A stretch of 64,000 nt of DNA from an uncultured Acidimicrobiia bacterium (GCA_963836205.1 CAWIIV010000017.1:32001-96000); one strand, 5' to 3'. Positions 28,642 to 38,890 are shown, counted from the stretch's first letter. Notes: a model not told the origin generated them from the sequence alone. A program made the numbers and translations.

Positions 28642-29766
28642 TCAGCCGGGAAGGGCCGGAGTGGCCGGCCGGGCCGTCTCCGCGAGCACCAGGTCGACCA
28701 CGTCGATGAGCCGTCGGCGACGCCCGAAGGCCCTCCGTTGGCGGACGGCGCCCGTGCCGCCGGTCACGACGCCCGCAACCAGCGCCCGAACGCGGTCCCA
28801 GTCCCCGAGGTCGATCAGCGCCGGTCGGACGACGTCGAGGAGGCGGCCGACCATCTCTCCCGCCGGGCGCGACCGGCAGCCGTCCAGGTCCACCAGCGGA
28901 CCGTCGAGCCCGAAGCGGGCCGCCTTCCACATCGCCGCCCGACGCAGCTCAGGCCGGGTATCGGCCCATGGCTGCCCGTCGAGCGCCTGACGGTGGCAGG
29001 TCACGACCAGGCCCCGGACCAGGCCCGCGGTCATGACCGCCTCGTCCACGGTGAGGTTGGCATCGGCGACCCGGAACTCGACAGTGTCGAACTTGGCCGA
29101 GGGCCGGACGTCCCAATAGATGCGGGCGGGATCGTCGATGGCGCCGGTCGCCAAGAGCGAGCGGACCAGATCCTCGTACTCGGAACGATCGGCGAAGGTG
29201 CCGGGCGTACCGGCCATCGGCCACCGCTGCCAGACCTCGGTGCGGAAGCTGGCGTAGCCGCTGTCGGCGCCCTGCCAGAACGGAGAGTTGCCGGTGAGGG
29301 CGAGCAGCGTCGGCAGCCACGACCGGGCCCGGTTCACGACCTGGATGGCCACCTCGGGGTCGGCGATGCCGACGTGGACGTGGCACCCACAGACCAGTTG
29401 CTCGTGCGTGACCAGCCGGTACTCGCGCTCCAGCCGCAGGTAGGCGGGCTTGGGGGTGACCCGGCTGGCCTCGTCGTCGAAGCCGAGGGGGTGGGTGCCG
29501 CTCGAGGCGATGGCGCAGCCCGTCGCCCGGGCCGCGTCCGCCACCGCCCGTCGCAGCCGCCCGGCCTCGTCCGCCACATCGTCGAGCGTGCGGCAGATGC
29601 CAGTGCCGGTCTCGACCTGGCACAGCTGCAGTTCAGGACCCACCTCCCCGTTGCCGGTCGGCACCGCTCCGGGGACCACGTCGCCCGCCGCCGGTCGCAG
29701 CCGGCGGGACTCGAGGTCGACGAGAAAGAACTCCTCCTCGACGCCGATGGTGAAGTCGTCGGGCAT
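28642..29766 (-). CDS. Carboxylate-amine ligase / glutamate-cysteine ligase (GCS2, YbdK family)
   Basis: TIGVEEE, GCHVHVG, NSPFWQG, YWDVRP, TVEFRVAD. Confidence 0.93.
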   Translation of the reverse strand: MPDDFTIGVEEEFFLVDLESRRLRPAAGDVVPGAVPTGNGEVGPELQLCQVETGTGICRTLDDVADEAGRLRRAVADAARATGCAIASSGTHPLGFDDEASRVTPKPAYLRLEREYRLVTHEQLVCGCHVHVGIADPEVAIQVVNRARSWLPTLLALTGNSPFWQGADSGYASFRTEVWQRWPMAGTPGTFADRSEYEDLVRSLLATGAIDDPARIYWDVRPSAKFDTVEFRVADANLTVDEAVMTAGLVRGLVVTCHRQALDGQPWADTRPELRRAAMWKAARFGLDGPLVDLDGCRSRPAGEMVGRLLDVVRPALIDLGDWDRVRALVAGVVTGGTGAVRQRRAFGRRRRLIDVVDLVLAETARPATPALPG

Positions 29767-29803
29767 CCCCGGCGATGTTCCCCGACACCGGCCGGGGGAA
29801 CCG

Positions 29804-30412
29804 TCAGGCGGGACGGGGCGAGTTGAACCGGAGCATGGCCGCAGCCGCGCCCTCGCGGAAGAGCAGGTCGACCGCGTCCGCCGCCTCCTCCACCGCCACG
29901 TCGATCTCCGTGCGTTGGGCCTTGCCCAGGCGGCGCAGGACGTAGTCGGCGCCGTCCTGGCGCCCCGGCGGCTTGCCGATCCCGATCCGGACCCGCACGA
30001 AGGCGCCCGAGTGCAGGTGATCGCGGATGGACTCGAGCCCGTTGTGGCCGGCCGTGCCCCCGCCCTCCTTCACCTTCACCCGTCCCGGGGGCAGGTCGAG
30101 CTCGTCGTGGACGACCACCAGCCGCCCGAGGTCACCGTCCACCCCGTAGCGCCGGACCAGGCGGTTGACCGACTCCCCCGACAGGTTGACGTAGGTCTGG
30201 GGAAAGGCCAGGGCCAGCAGCCGCCCGTCGACGCGGGCCTCGCCCACCAGCGCCCGCTCCTTGCTCTTGCGCAGGACGGTGCCGTGGCGGGACGCCAGCG
30301 CGGACACGACTTCCGCCCCCAGGTTGTGGCGGGTGCCGTCGTACTCGGGGCCGGGGTTGCCCAGGCCGACGACCAGGAGGTCGGCGGCCTCACCCGTCCG
30401 AGGGGGTGGCAG
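29804..30412 (-). CDS. pth: Peptidyl-tRNA hydrolase (start non-canonical or uncertain)
   Basis: LVVGLGNPG..Y..TRHNLG upstream in frame; HDELDL, GHNGL, RIGIG, DYVL. Confidence 0.95.
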   Translation of the reverse strand: MPPPRTGEAADLLVVGLGNPGPEYDGTRHNLGAEVVSALASRHGTVLRKSKERALVGEARVDGRLLALAFPQTYVNLSGESVNRLVRRYGVDGDLGRLVVVHDELDLPPGRVKVKEGGGTAGHNGLESIRDHLHSGAFVRVRIGIGKPPGRQDGADYVLRRLGKAQRTEIDVAVEEAADAVDLLFREGAAAAMLRFNSPRPA

Positions 30413-30415
30413 GGC

Positions 30416-31048
30416 CTATCCCTCGGTGGTGCCACCGGCGGACGCGTCGTCGGCGTCGTCGGCGGCTTCCTCTGCCTCTTCCTCGACCGCCAACCTCGTC
30501 GACTGGCCCAGGACGACCGGCTCCTCGCCGTCGACGTCGGTGGTGACGCCCTCCGGCAGCTTGAGATCGCTGACCCGGATGGCGTCGCCGATCGTGAGGT
30601 CGGTGATGTCGACCTCGATCGAGGACGGGATGTCGGCCGGCTTGGCGTGGATGGTGAGCTCGAAGAGCTGCTGCTCGACCATGCCGTCGGCGTGCTCGAC
30701 CCCGAGGGCCTCGCCCACCAGGTGGACGGGCACTTCGACGCTCACGATCTCGTCGCGGCGGACGATCACGAAGTCGACATGGGACACCGACCGCTTGAGG
30801 GCGTCGCGCTGGAGCTGGCGGGCCATGGCCAGGTGCCGGGTGCCGTCGACCTCGAGGGCGAAGAGGGCGTTGAGGCCGGCCTCGTGGGCCAGGGCCGCCC
30901 GCAGGGCCTTGCGGTCGACGCTGATCGGTTGGGGGTCGATGCCGTGCCCGTAGAGGACGGCCGGGATCTTCCCTTCCGTCCGCAGGCGCCGCGCCGCCGC
31001 GCTTCCAGTGGTACGACCAACTTCGGCAACCAGCGAGACCTCAGCCAT
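30416..31048 (-). CDS. rplY: 50S ribosomal protein L25/Ctc
   Basis: RRLRTEGKIPAVLYG and HVDF; lies between prs and pth. Confidence 0.96.
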   Translation of the reverse strand: MAEVSLVAEVGRTTGSAAARRLRTEGKIPAVLYGHGIDPQPISVDRKALRAALAHEAGLNALFALEVDGTRHLAMARQLQRDALKRSVSHVDFVIVRRDEIVSVEVPVHLVGEALGVEHADGMVEQQLFELTIHAKPADIPSSIEVDITDLTIGDAIRVSDLKLPEGVTTDVDGEEPVVLGQSTRLAVEEEAEEAADDADDASAGGTTEG

Positions 31049-31098
31049 AGACCGTCGAGTCTACGTGGTCGGGGCGGGACCCCCGGCCGGGCGATCGC

Positions 31099-32106
31099 TC
31101 AGCTCTGGTTGTCGCCGCCGAAGATCTCGGACACCGACGTGTCCTCGAAGACGGCGTCGAGGGCGTCGGCGATGATGCCCGCGACCGACAGGACCTCGAT
31201 CTTGTCGATGCGGCGGTCGTCGTCGAGGGGGAGGGTGTCGGTGATGACCACCTTGGTGAGCTGCGAGTTCTTCAGCCGGTCGAGGGCGGGGTCGGAGAGC
31301 ACGCCGTGGGTGGCGATGGCGTGGACCTCGGCCGCCCCGTGGTCGATGAGCAGGTCGGCGGCGGCGCAGATGGTGCCGGCGGTGTCGATCATGTCGTCGA
31401 CCAGCACGCACACCCGTCCGCTCACGTCGCCCACCACCTGCAGGGCCTGGACCTGGCCGGTCGCGCCCCGGACCCGGCGCTTGTGGACCATGGCCAGGTC
31501 CTCGGTGTGGACGTTCTGGGCGAAACGCTCGGCCGTCTTCACCCGGCCCGCGTCGGGGGACACGATCACCACGTCGTCGCCCAGGTTGCGGATGACGTAG
31601 TCGGCCAGGACGGGCATCGCTGTGAGGTGGTCGACGGGGACGTCGAAGAAGCCCTGGATCTGGCCCGAGTGCAGGTCGACGCTCACCACCCGGTCGACGC
31701 CCGCGGTCATGAGCATGTTGGCCAGCAACTTTGCGGTAATCGGCTCCCGGCCGGCGGCCTTGCGGTCCTGGCGGGAGTACCCGTAGAAGGGGCACACGGC
31801 GGTGATGCGCTTGGCCGAGGCCCGCTTGGCGGCGTCGATCATGATCAGCTGCTCCATGATCGAGTCGTTCACCGGGCCGCAGTGGGTCTGGATGATGAAG
31901 GCGTCGGAGCCGCGGATCGACTCGTCGAACCGGCAGTAGATCTCGCCGCTCGGGAACTGGGAGAGGTTGGCTTCCCCCAGGTCGACGCCGAGGTGAGCAG
32001 CGATGTCGCGGGCGAGGCGGGGGTGCGAACGGCCGGCGAACAGCTGCAGCCGCTTCTTGGGGATCAGCTCCATGTGGCCCAGCGGTCGCTCAGACTCCGT
32101 CGTCAT
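31099..32106 (-). CDS. prs: Ribose-phosphate pyrophosphokinase
   Basis: YSRQDRK, DLHSGQIQGFF, SPDAG, DDMIDTAGT. Confidence 0.98.
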   Translation of the reverse strand: MTTESERPLGHMELIPKKRLQLFAGRSHPRLARDIAAHLGVDLGEANLSQFPSGEIYCRFDESIRGSDAFIIQTHCGPVNDSIMEQLIMIDAAKRASAKRITAVCPFYGYSRQDRKAAGREPITAKLLANMLMTAGVDRVVSVDLHSGQIQGFFDVPVDHLTAMPVLADYVIRNLGDDVVIVSPDAGRVKTAERFAQNVHTEDLAMVHKRRVRGATGQVQALQVVGDVSGRVCVLVDDMIDTAGTICAAADLLIDHGAAEVHAIATHGVLSDPALDRLKNSQLTKVVITDTLPLDDDRRIDKIEVLSVAGIIADALDAVFEDTSVSEIFGGDNQS

Positions 32107-33202
32107 CGCCTCCCCGGGCAGTGTAGAAGGCGCCGGTGGTGGCTCCGGGCGGAATATGGGCGCCCGGCGAGATCGACGCGAACGGTCCGACGATGCTGGA
32201 CGCCCCGATCTCGGCGTCGTGGGCGACCGTGTGCTCGACCGACGCCCCTTCCCCCACCACGCAGTCGATCAGGCGGGTGTGGGGGCCGACCCGGGCGCCC
32301 CGGCCCACGACGGTGCGGCCCTGGAGCACGGTGCCGGGGAGGAGGGTGACGTCGGCCGCCAGGTGGACGGCGGCGTCGACGTAGGTGCTGCGAGGGTCGA
32401 CCATGGTGACCCCGGCCCGCATCCACCGCTCGTTGATGCGGTGGCGGAGGACGGCCTCGGCCTCCGCCAGCTGGGCCCGGTCGTTGACCCCGACCGCCTC
32501 CGAGGGGTCGTCGGCCAGCACGGCCATGACCTTGTGGCCGGTGCCGTGGAGAACGGCCACCACGTCGGACAGGTAGTACTCGCCCTTGGTGTTGTCGGGG
32601 CTGATGCGGCGCAGGGAGGGGGCGAGCAGCCCCCGGCGGAAGCAGTAGATCGACGTGGCCACCTCGTCGATGTCGCGCTCGGCCTCGGTGGCGTCGGCGT
32701 CCTCGACCACCCGGGCCACCCGGCCGTCCTTGCCCCTGACCACCCGGCCCATGCCGCTGGGGTCGTCGGGGCGGGCGGTGAGGAGCGTGGCCGCGGCGTC
32801 GCTCTCCCGGTGCTCGAGCACCAGATCGCCGAGGGTGGTGGGCCGCACGAGGGGCGTGTCGCCCGGGAGGACAACGATGTCGGCGTCGTCGAGATCGGGA
32901 TCGTCGGGGAAGGCGGTGAGCGCCACCGCCAGGGCGTCGGCCGTGCCCCGGGTGACGCGCTGCTCGACGAAGTCGATGACGAGGTCGGGTGGGCCGTACT
33001 CCTGGAGGGTCTTGGTGACGGGCTCGGCCCCGTGGCCCACCACCACGACCGCCCGCTCGACGTAGAGCTCGGACAGGGCGTCGAGGACGTGCAGGAGCAT
33101 CGGCCGCCCGCACAACGGGTGGAGGGGCTTGGGCAGCGCCGACCGCATCCGGGTGCCGTGCCCGGCCGCCATGACCACCGCGCACAGCGGACGCACCCTC
33201 AT
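32090..33202 (-). CDS. glmU: GlmU-like UDP-GlcNAc pyrophosphorylase with a short C-terminal beta-helix
   Basis: MAAGHGTRMRSALPKPLH, GEYYLSD, GVNDRAQLA; 370 aa; lies between tRNA-Gln and prs. Confidence 0.88.
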   Translation of the reverse strand: MRVRPLCAVVMAAGHGTRMRSALPKPLHPLCGRPMLLHVLDALSELYVERAVVVVGHGAEPVTKTLQEYGPPDLVIDFVEQRVTRGTADALAVALTAFPDDPDLDDADIVVLPGDTPLVRPTTLGDLVLEHRESDAAATLLTARPDDPSGMGRVVRGKDGRVARVVEDADATEAERDIDEVATSIYCFRRGLLAPSLRRISPDNTKGEYYLSDVVAVLHGTGHKVMAVLADDPSEAVGVNDRAQLAEAEAVLRHRINERWMRAGVTMVDPRSTYVDAAVHLAADVTLLPGTVLQGRTVVGRGARVGPHTRLIDCVVGEGASVEHTVAHDAEIGASSIVGPFASISPGAHIPPGATTGAFYTARGGDDDGV

Positions 33203-33231
33203 GCCCCAAGTTCTACCCCGAATGGGGCCCG

Positions 33232-33303
33232 CTCGGGGGCCAGGATTCGAACCTGGACCTGGGGCTCCAAAGGACCCAGTGCTGCCGATTACACCACCCC
33301 CGA
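33232..33303 (-). tRNA. tRNA-Gln (anticodon TTG)
   Basis: TCGGGGG acceptor stem, GTGTAATCGGCAGCAC D-arm, loop CTTTGGA, CCAGGTTCGAATCCTGG T-arm. Confidence 0.93.
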
Positions 33304-33465
33304 CTCGCACCCCAGGCTACCGGCGGCCAATCCCGCCGCCGCTTGGGCTGCCGAGTGTGCAGGAACGTCGGTATATCCGACGTGACTGCACACTCGGAGG
33401 GCAACTGGTTCACGGTCCGACGAATTACCCAGGCAGGGGGGTTGTCCGTTAGCCTGACGCCGCTC

Positions 33466-33564
33466 ATGGGATCGCTCATCAAGAAACGCCGCAAGCGCAT
33501 GCGGAAGAAGAAGCACAAGAAGATGTTGAAGGCCACCCGCTGGCAGCGTCGCGCCGGCAAGTAG
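33466..33564 (+). CDS. 30S ribosomal protein bS22 (AURKAIP1/COX24 domain)
   Basis: MGSLIKKRRKRMRKKKHKKMLKATRWQRRAGK. Confidence 0.93.
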   Translation: MGSLIKKRRKRMRKKKHKKMLKATRWQRRAGK

Positions 33565-33587
33565 TAGCGACCCGGTAGAGCCTTTCC

Positions 33588-34412
33588 TCAGCGTTCGGCG
33601 GCGGCGGCGGCGGCCAGCCGGCCCCAGGCGATCACGTCCAGCTCCTCCGGGCGTGCCTCCGGGTTGACGCCGGCGGCGGCAAATGCGGTGGCCGTCACCA
33701 CCCCGGCGAGCGACCGGCGCAGCATCTTGCGGCGCTGGCCGAAACCGGTGGCCACCAGCCCGAACAGGGCCCCGGGCTCGACGTCGGGCCCCACCGCGGG
33801 CACCTCCCGCCGCTCGATGCGCACGAGGGCCGACTCCACGTTGGGCACGGGGACGAACACGTTCGCCGGCACCAGGCCCGCCACCGCCGCCGTCGCCCAG
33901 TAGGCCACCTTCACCGACACCGCCCCGTAGGCGTCGTTCCCCGGCACCGCAGCCAGCCGCTCGGCCACCTCCCGCTGCACCATGACGAGCATCCGGGAGA
34001 TGGCCGGGACGTGGTCGAGCAGGTCGGCCACCAGGGGCGTGGCCACGTTGTAGGGCAGGTTGGCCACCAGCACCCACGGTCCGTCACCGAGGAGGGCGTC
34101 CCAGTCGAGGCGCATGGCGTCAGCCTCGATCACGGAGACGCCGGCCGGCTCCACCAGCGACCGCAGCACCGGCACCAGGCCCCGATCCACCTCGACCGCG
34201 GTCACCGCCGCACCCGTCTCGGCCAGGGCGAGGGTGAGCGATCCGAGGCCGGCGCCGATCTCGATCACCCGGTCGCCGGGTCCGACGGCGGCCAGGCGGG
34301 CGATGCGGCGCACCGTGTTGGGGTCGGCGACGAAGTTCTGCCCCCGGGCTCGGCTCGGGCGCAGGCCGTTCTCCTCCAGCAGCCGGCGGATCTCGGGGCG
34401 GGACAGCGTCAC
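33588..34412 (-). CDS. rsmA: 16S rRNA dimethyladenosine transferase
   Basis: GQNF, EIGAGLGSLT, ANLPYN, MVQREVA, QRRKML. Confidence 0.97.
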   Translation of the reverse strand: MTLSRPEIRRLLEENGLRPSRARGQNFVADPNTVRRIARLAAVGPGDRVIEIGAGLGSLTLALAETGAAVTAVEVDRGLVPVLRSLVEPAGVSVIEADAMRLDWDALLGDGPWVLVANLPYNVATPLVADLLDHVPAISRMLVMVQREVAERLAAVPGNDAYGAVSVKVAYWATAAVAGLVPANVFVPVPNVESALVRIERREVPAVGPDVEPGALFGLVATGFGQRRKMLRRSLAGVVTATAFAAAGVNPEARPEELDVIAWGRLAAAAAAER

Positions 34413-34440
34413 GCCCAGAACTATCGCCTGCCGAAGGCTC

Positions 34441-35163
34441 CTACCACTCGATCGTCACGTCGATGAGGCCCGCCTCCGGTGCCGCCAGCTTGGCGAAGGT
34501 GTCCATCGACAGGTCGATGAGGCGGCCGGTGGCCAGCGTCGGCCCGCGGTCGTTCACCTTGCAGAAGGCGCTCGCACCGTTGGAGGCCCGGACGACCTTC
34601 ACCATGGTGCCGAACGGCAACGTGCGGTGGGCGCACGTGTTGTCGGGCGCGTTGAACCACGAGGCGATGCCCGCGTCGTTGTGGCCGTAGAGCTTGGCCG
34701 TGGACGCGACCGTGCTCGGCGGGGCGGGGGGCGTGGTGGTCGTGGCACCGGGGGCTGCGGGGGGCGGCGTGGCCGAGAGGGTGATCGACAGCATCGTCGT
34801 CACGGGGGCGGGCGCGACCGTGGTGGCCGGGACCACGGTGGTGGCGCTGGAGGTCGGGATCGTCACCCGGGCCGTGGTCGAGGGCGCGGTGGAGACGGGG
34901 ACGGTCGTGGTGGCCGTGGCGGCCTTGGCCGGAACGGAGGTTTGCGACGCCGCCTCCCGGGCCAGAGCGTCGAGGGAGATCGACCGGGGCTGGGCGCCGG
35001 CGGCGGGCGCGGCCTCGACCCTGATCGTCGTGGGGACGACCGCGGCGGCCAACTCGGTTGCGGGCGCGGCGACGACGGCGACCGGATCAGCCGGTGCCGG
35101 CTGGGGGGCGTTGCGGATGTAAACGATGCCGACGACGATCATCACGCCGCACAGCGCGAACAT
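34441..35163 (-). CDS. RlpA-like (double-psi beta-barrel) lytic transglycosylase
   Basis: GIASW, AHRTLPFGT, VNDRGP and RLIDLS after a TM segment and Thr-rich linker. Confidence 0.85.
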   Translation of the reverse strand: MFALCGVMIVVGIVYIRNAPQPAPADPVAVVAAPATELAAAVVPTTIRVEAAPAAGAQPRSISLDALAREAASQTSVPAKAATATTTVPVSTAPSTTARVTIPTSSATTVVPATTVAPAPVTTMLSITLSATPPPAAPGATTTTPPAPPSTVASTAKLYGHNDAGIASWFNAPDNTCAHRTLPFGTMVKVVRASNGASAFCKVNDRGPTLATGRLIDLSMDTFAKLAAPEAGLIDVTIEW

Positions 35164-35313
35164 CTGCGCGGGCGGTACAAGGCCCCCATCCGGCGTAGTC
35201 CTCAGTTCCCCACCCCAGTCGTCATGTCTGCGCTCGCCCGGTCAAAGTGGTTCGTCGGAAGGTGCGTGCGGCGACCCCGGGACCTTATGGGGTGGGTTTT
35301 TGCGGTCGCAAGC

Positions 35314-36066
35314 TCACTTAGAGCGAGATTCCCCAAACACGTCCCGAGCGTTTGCCCAGGTTGTCTCCTCGATCTCCACAACCGGCACACCCCGGGCGGC
35401 GGCGACCGCCGCGCCCACGAGGGGCACCAGGGCGGGCTCGTTGGGCCGCCCGCGATGGGGGACGGGCGTGAGATAGGGGGAATCGGTCTCCACCAGGATG
35501 CGGTCGGAAGGGGCCAGGGCGGCTGCGGCCCTGAGGTCGCCGGCCGACTTGAAGGTGACGATGCCGCTGAACGACAGCCACGCCCCCAGGTCCAGCGCCC
35601 GGCGAGCCTCGGCCGGTCCGCCCGAGAAGCAGTGGAAGACGATGGGCACCCGGGGGCCGGCCAGCAGGATCTCGAAGGTGTCGTCCCATGCGTCCCGGGT
35701 GTGAACCACCAGGGCCAGGCCTCGCTCGGCGGCCAGGTCGATCTGGGCGGCGAAGACATCCCGCTGGACGGGCCGGGGGGAGTGGTCGTAGTGGTAGTCG
35801 AGGCCGCATTCGCCCACCGCCACCACCTCGGGGGCGTCGAACAGAGGGATGATGCTGTCCACCTGGAGTTTCGCGTCGTGGGGGTGCAAACCGACGGTTG
35901 CACCAACCCGACCGGGATGGCTCCTGGCGATGGCGATGGCGGCGGCCGACTGCTCCGTGTCGGTACCGATACAGATCATGTAGGTGACGCCGGCGAGCAC
36001 GGCCCGGTCGATCGCGTCGGCCGGGACGCCCTCATACTGGAGGTGGCAATGGCTGTCGCACCACAT
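35314..36066 (-). CDS. tatD: TatD family hydrolase
   Basis: DSHCH, GLHPH, GECGLDY, HCFSG, ETDSPYL. Confidence 0.95.
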   Translation of the reverse strand: MWCDSHCHLQYEGVPADAIDRAVLAGVTYMICIGTDTEQSAAAIAIARSHPGRVGATVGLHPHDAKLQVDSIIPLFDAPEVVAVGECGLDYHYDHSPRPVQRDVFAAQIDLAAERGLALVVHTRDAWDDTFEILLAGPRVPIVFHCFSGGPAEARRALDLGAWLSFSGIVTFKSAGDLRAAAALAPSDRILVETDSPYLTPVPHRGRPNEPALVPLVGAAVAAARGVPVVEIEETTWANARDVFGESRSK

Positions 36067-36080
36067 GGGCGTTCGGCCCG

Positions 36081-37604
36081 CTACTTGCGGCGGGGGAAGA
36101 GCGGGGGACCCTTCTCCACCGGCAGGCCCCCCGGGTAGCCGCCCCAGGCGGCAGCCTCGGGGAGTCGTTGGTCGGCCGGTGATCCCGCCAGCCCCAGCCG
36201 GCGCCAGATCTCGGCACTGGCGGTGGGGATGGCGGGCGAGACGAGCACGGTGACGATGCGCAGGGCCTCGAGGGCGTCGCCCAAGACCGCGTCGACCTCG
36301 GGGCCGGGCTCCGCCTTCCAGGGCTCGGCCACCTCCAGGTGGGCGTTGGTCTCCCGGATCAGGCGCCAGACGGCCTCAAGTGCCTCCGACGGGGCCAGCC
36401 GATCCCACGCCGCGGCCACGTCGACGTACGTGGTGGCGGCGGCCGCGGCCAACGGGCCACCCCTCCGCGGCGCCGGTCCGATGCCGCCGCACTTGCTCCC
36501 GACCACGGTGGCGAGCCGGGACAGGAGGTTTCCCAGGTTGTTGGCCAGGTCGGAGTTGTAGCGGGCTGCCAACCCCTCGCCGGAGAAGTCGCCGTCGAGT
36601 CCGAACGGGGTCTCCCGGAGCAGGTGGTAGCGCACCGGGTCGACGCCGTACTCCTCCACCACCTCGCCGGGGGTGATCTGGTTGAGCCTGGTCTTGGAGA
36701 TCTTCTCCCCGCTCAGCAGCAGCCAGCCGTGAGCCGCCACCCGCCGGGGCGGGTCGAGGCCGGCCGCCATGAGCATCGCCGGCCAGTAGACGGCGTGGAA
36801 GCGGATGATGTCCTTGCCGATGAGGTGGACGTCGACCGGCCACCAGCGCTGGAACTGAGACAGATCGTCGCCGCCCCCGTCATCCAGGCCGTACCCGGCG
36901 GCGGTGATGTAGTTGGGGAGGGCGTCGAACCACACCCACGCCACGGAGTCGGGGTCCCAGGGAAGGGGCACGCCCCACCGGAAGGCGCTGCGGCTGATGG
37001 AGATGTCACGCAGCCCACCGCGGATGAACGACAGCACCTCGTTGCGCCGGCCGGCAGGGATGATCCCCTCCGGGTGGGCGTCGTACCAGTCGAGCAGGCG
37101 CTGCTGGTAGCGGGAGAGCCGGAAGAACCAGTTCTCCTCCTTCACCCGCTCCACCGGTCGGCCGTGGACAGGGCAGTTGCCGTCGACCAGGTCGTCTTCG
37201 GTGTAATAGGCCTCGCAGCTGACGCAGTAGAGACCCTCGTAGGTGTCGCGCTCGATGTCGCCGTTGTCGTAGATGACCTGGAGGAACTTCTGCACCGCCG
37301 CTGCGTGCCGGGGCTCGGTGGTGCGGATGAAGTCGTCGTAAGCGACGTTCAGCAGGTCGGCGGCCTGGCGGAAGCGGGCGCTGTTGGTGTCGGCCAGCGT
37401 CTGGGGGTCGAGGCCCTTGGCCTCGGCCGCCTGCTTGTTCTTCAGCCCGTACTCGTCGGTACCGGTGACGAAGCGCACGTCCTCGCCCAGCAACCGATGC
37501 CACCGGGTGATGGCGTCGCCGAGGACAACCTCGTAGGAGTGGCCGATGTGGGGCGCGTCGTTGACGTACATGATCGCCGTCGTGAGGTAGAAGCGCTCGG
37601 CCAC
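36081..37604 (-). CDS. metG: Methionine-tRNA ligase
   Basis: HIGH, TGTDE, WFDAL, GKDIIRFH, KISKT. Confidence 0.97.
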   Translation of the reverse strand: MAERFYLTTAIMYVNDAPHIGHSYEVVLGDAITRWHRLLGEDVRFVTGTDEYGLKNKQAAEAKGLDPQTLADTNSARFRQAADLLNVAYDDFIRTTEPRHAAAVQKFLQVIYDNGDIERDTYEGLYCVSCEAYYTEDDLVDGNCPVHGRPVERVKEENWFFRLSRYQQRLLDWYDAHPEGIIPAGRRNEVLSFIRGGLRDISISRSAFRWGVPLPWDPDSVAWVWFDALPNYITAAGYGLDDGGGDDLSQFQRWWPVDVHLIGKDIIRFHAVYWPAMLMAAGLDPPRRVAAHGWLLLSGEKISKTRLNQITPGEVVEEYGVDPVRYHLLRETPFGLDGDFSGEGLAARYNSDLANNLGNLLSRLATVVGSKCGGIGPAPRRGGPLAAAAATTYVDVAAAWDRLAPSEALEAVWRLIRETNAHLEVAEPWKAEPGPEVDAVLGDALEALRIVTVLVSPAIPTASAEIWRRLGLAGSPADQRLPEAAAWGGYPGGLPVEKGPPLFPRRK

Positions 37605-37755
37605 GGCGTCAATCTACCGGTGGGGTCCGAGTTGCCCGATTGAGTTCCAGGCGCGCATCACTGCAATCGCGGGCCGGGATTCTGCCGTATGGAAGGATGT
37701 GTCCACCGGCTGGGCCTGTCGGAGCCCGCGCCGTCAACTCCACGGGAGGTATTCC

Positions 37756-38190
37756 ATGCGCCGAGCCGTTGCTGTCGCCACCGCCGCGTTGGCCTTGCTC
37801 GCCTGGTCGGCGGCACCGAGCCGGGCGGCCGTCACGGGCGTCGTGACGACCACGCTCAGGGGCTCCGAGGAAGTCCCGCCGGCCGACCCCGACGGGTTCG
37901 GCAACGCCGTCGTCTCTCTCGACACCGCCAGTGGCCAGGTCTGCTACTTCCTCGCCGTGAGCAACATCGCCCCCTCCACCGCGGCCCACATCCACTTCGC
38001 ACCGCAGGGCGTCAACGGTCCGATCGTCGTCCCCCTGAACCCGCCGACCAGCGGGTTCTCGGCGGGATGCACCGTGGCTGCGCTGCCGATCGTCCAGAAC
38101 ATCCGGGCCAACGCGAACCAGTACTACGTCAACATTCACAACGCCCAGTACCCCGGCGGCGCCGTCCGGGGCCAGCTCCGGCTCCAGTAG
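37756..38190 (+). CDS. Secreted CHRD domain protein
   Basis: Signal peptide; LRGSEEVPP, AAHIH, YYVNIH...PGGAVRGQL. Confidence 0.92.
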   Translation: MRRAVAVATAALALLAWSAAPSRAAVTGVVTTTLRGSEEVPPADPDGFGNAVVSLDTASGQVCYFLAVSNIAPSTAAHIHFAPQGVNGPIVVPLNPPTSGFSAGCTVAALPIVQNIRANANQYYVNIHNAQYPGGAVRGQLRLQ

Positions 38191-38229
38191 TCGACGACGC
38201 GACGGGCGAGCGGCGGCTCGCCCGGACCG

Positions 38230-38616
38230 TCACATGCGCTCGACGTGCACGCCGACCGCGTGGGCCGCGAGCGCGCTGATGTCCGCCATGTCGCCGGTGA
38301 ACACCGTCCCCCCGGGCTCGGCGACGGCCACCACCAGAGCGTCCACGGCTGAGCCTCCGCCCGCCTTCGTCCTCAGCGCGGCCGCTCGCCGAACGAGCGA
38401 CTCAGGCAGGTCGGTTCGCAGGTCACAGCCTTTGATCAGCCGGTTGACGGCCACGTCGGTGCCGGGCCGCCCAGTGACGGACTCGACCAGCACCACCGAG
38501 GGCACGAGGGGTGGCCAGAAACCGGCCCGTTCGAAGGCCCGGATCATCGCCACCGAGCGGGTCGTGCGCTCGGCGAGGCGCGACAGACCGCCGGAGTCGA
38601 GAACGAGTGTCGTCAT
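38230..38616 (-). CDS. PIN domain toxin (VapC-like)
   Basis: LVLDSG, VLVE, SAVDA, TGD..D; ATGA overlap with the antitoxin. Confidence 0.85.
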   Translation of the reverse strand: MTTLVLDSGGLSRLAERTTRSVAMIRAFERAGFWPPLVPSVVLVESVTGRPGTDVAVNRLIKGCDLRTDLPESLVRRAAALRTKAGGGSAVDALVVAVAEPGGTVFTGDMADISALAAHAVGVHVERM

Positions 38617-38861
38617 CCCGCCTCTGCATCTCGTGCTCGCAGGATCCGCGCCGCGACGCCCTCTGCCCGCGCCACCTCCTCGGGTGAAGGCTCGCCCACC
38701 TCGGCCACCAGTTCGTCGAGGTACTCGTGGGTCTCGTCCAAGAGGTGACGGCGCCGGAGCTCGGCCCGGACGGCGACCTGGAGCAGCTCGGATGCAGGCA
38801 GGCGCCCGTCCTTCACCGCCCGGTAGAGGTCGTCGGGCAGGTAGACCTGCATCCTCGGCAT
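38613..38861 (-). CDS. Ribbon-helix-helix antitoxin (VapB/CcdA-like)
   Basis: MPRMQVYLPDDLYRAVK...SELLQVAVRAEL; 82 aa, directly upstream of the PIN gene. Confidence 0.85.
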   Translation of the reverse strand: MPRMQVYLPDDLYRAVKDGRLPASELLQVAVRAELRRRHLLDETHEYLDELVAEVGEPSPEEVARAEGVAARILRARDAEAG

Positions 38862-38890
38862 ACGCCTAACTGTACACACTGGCTTCGCTG

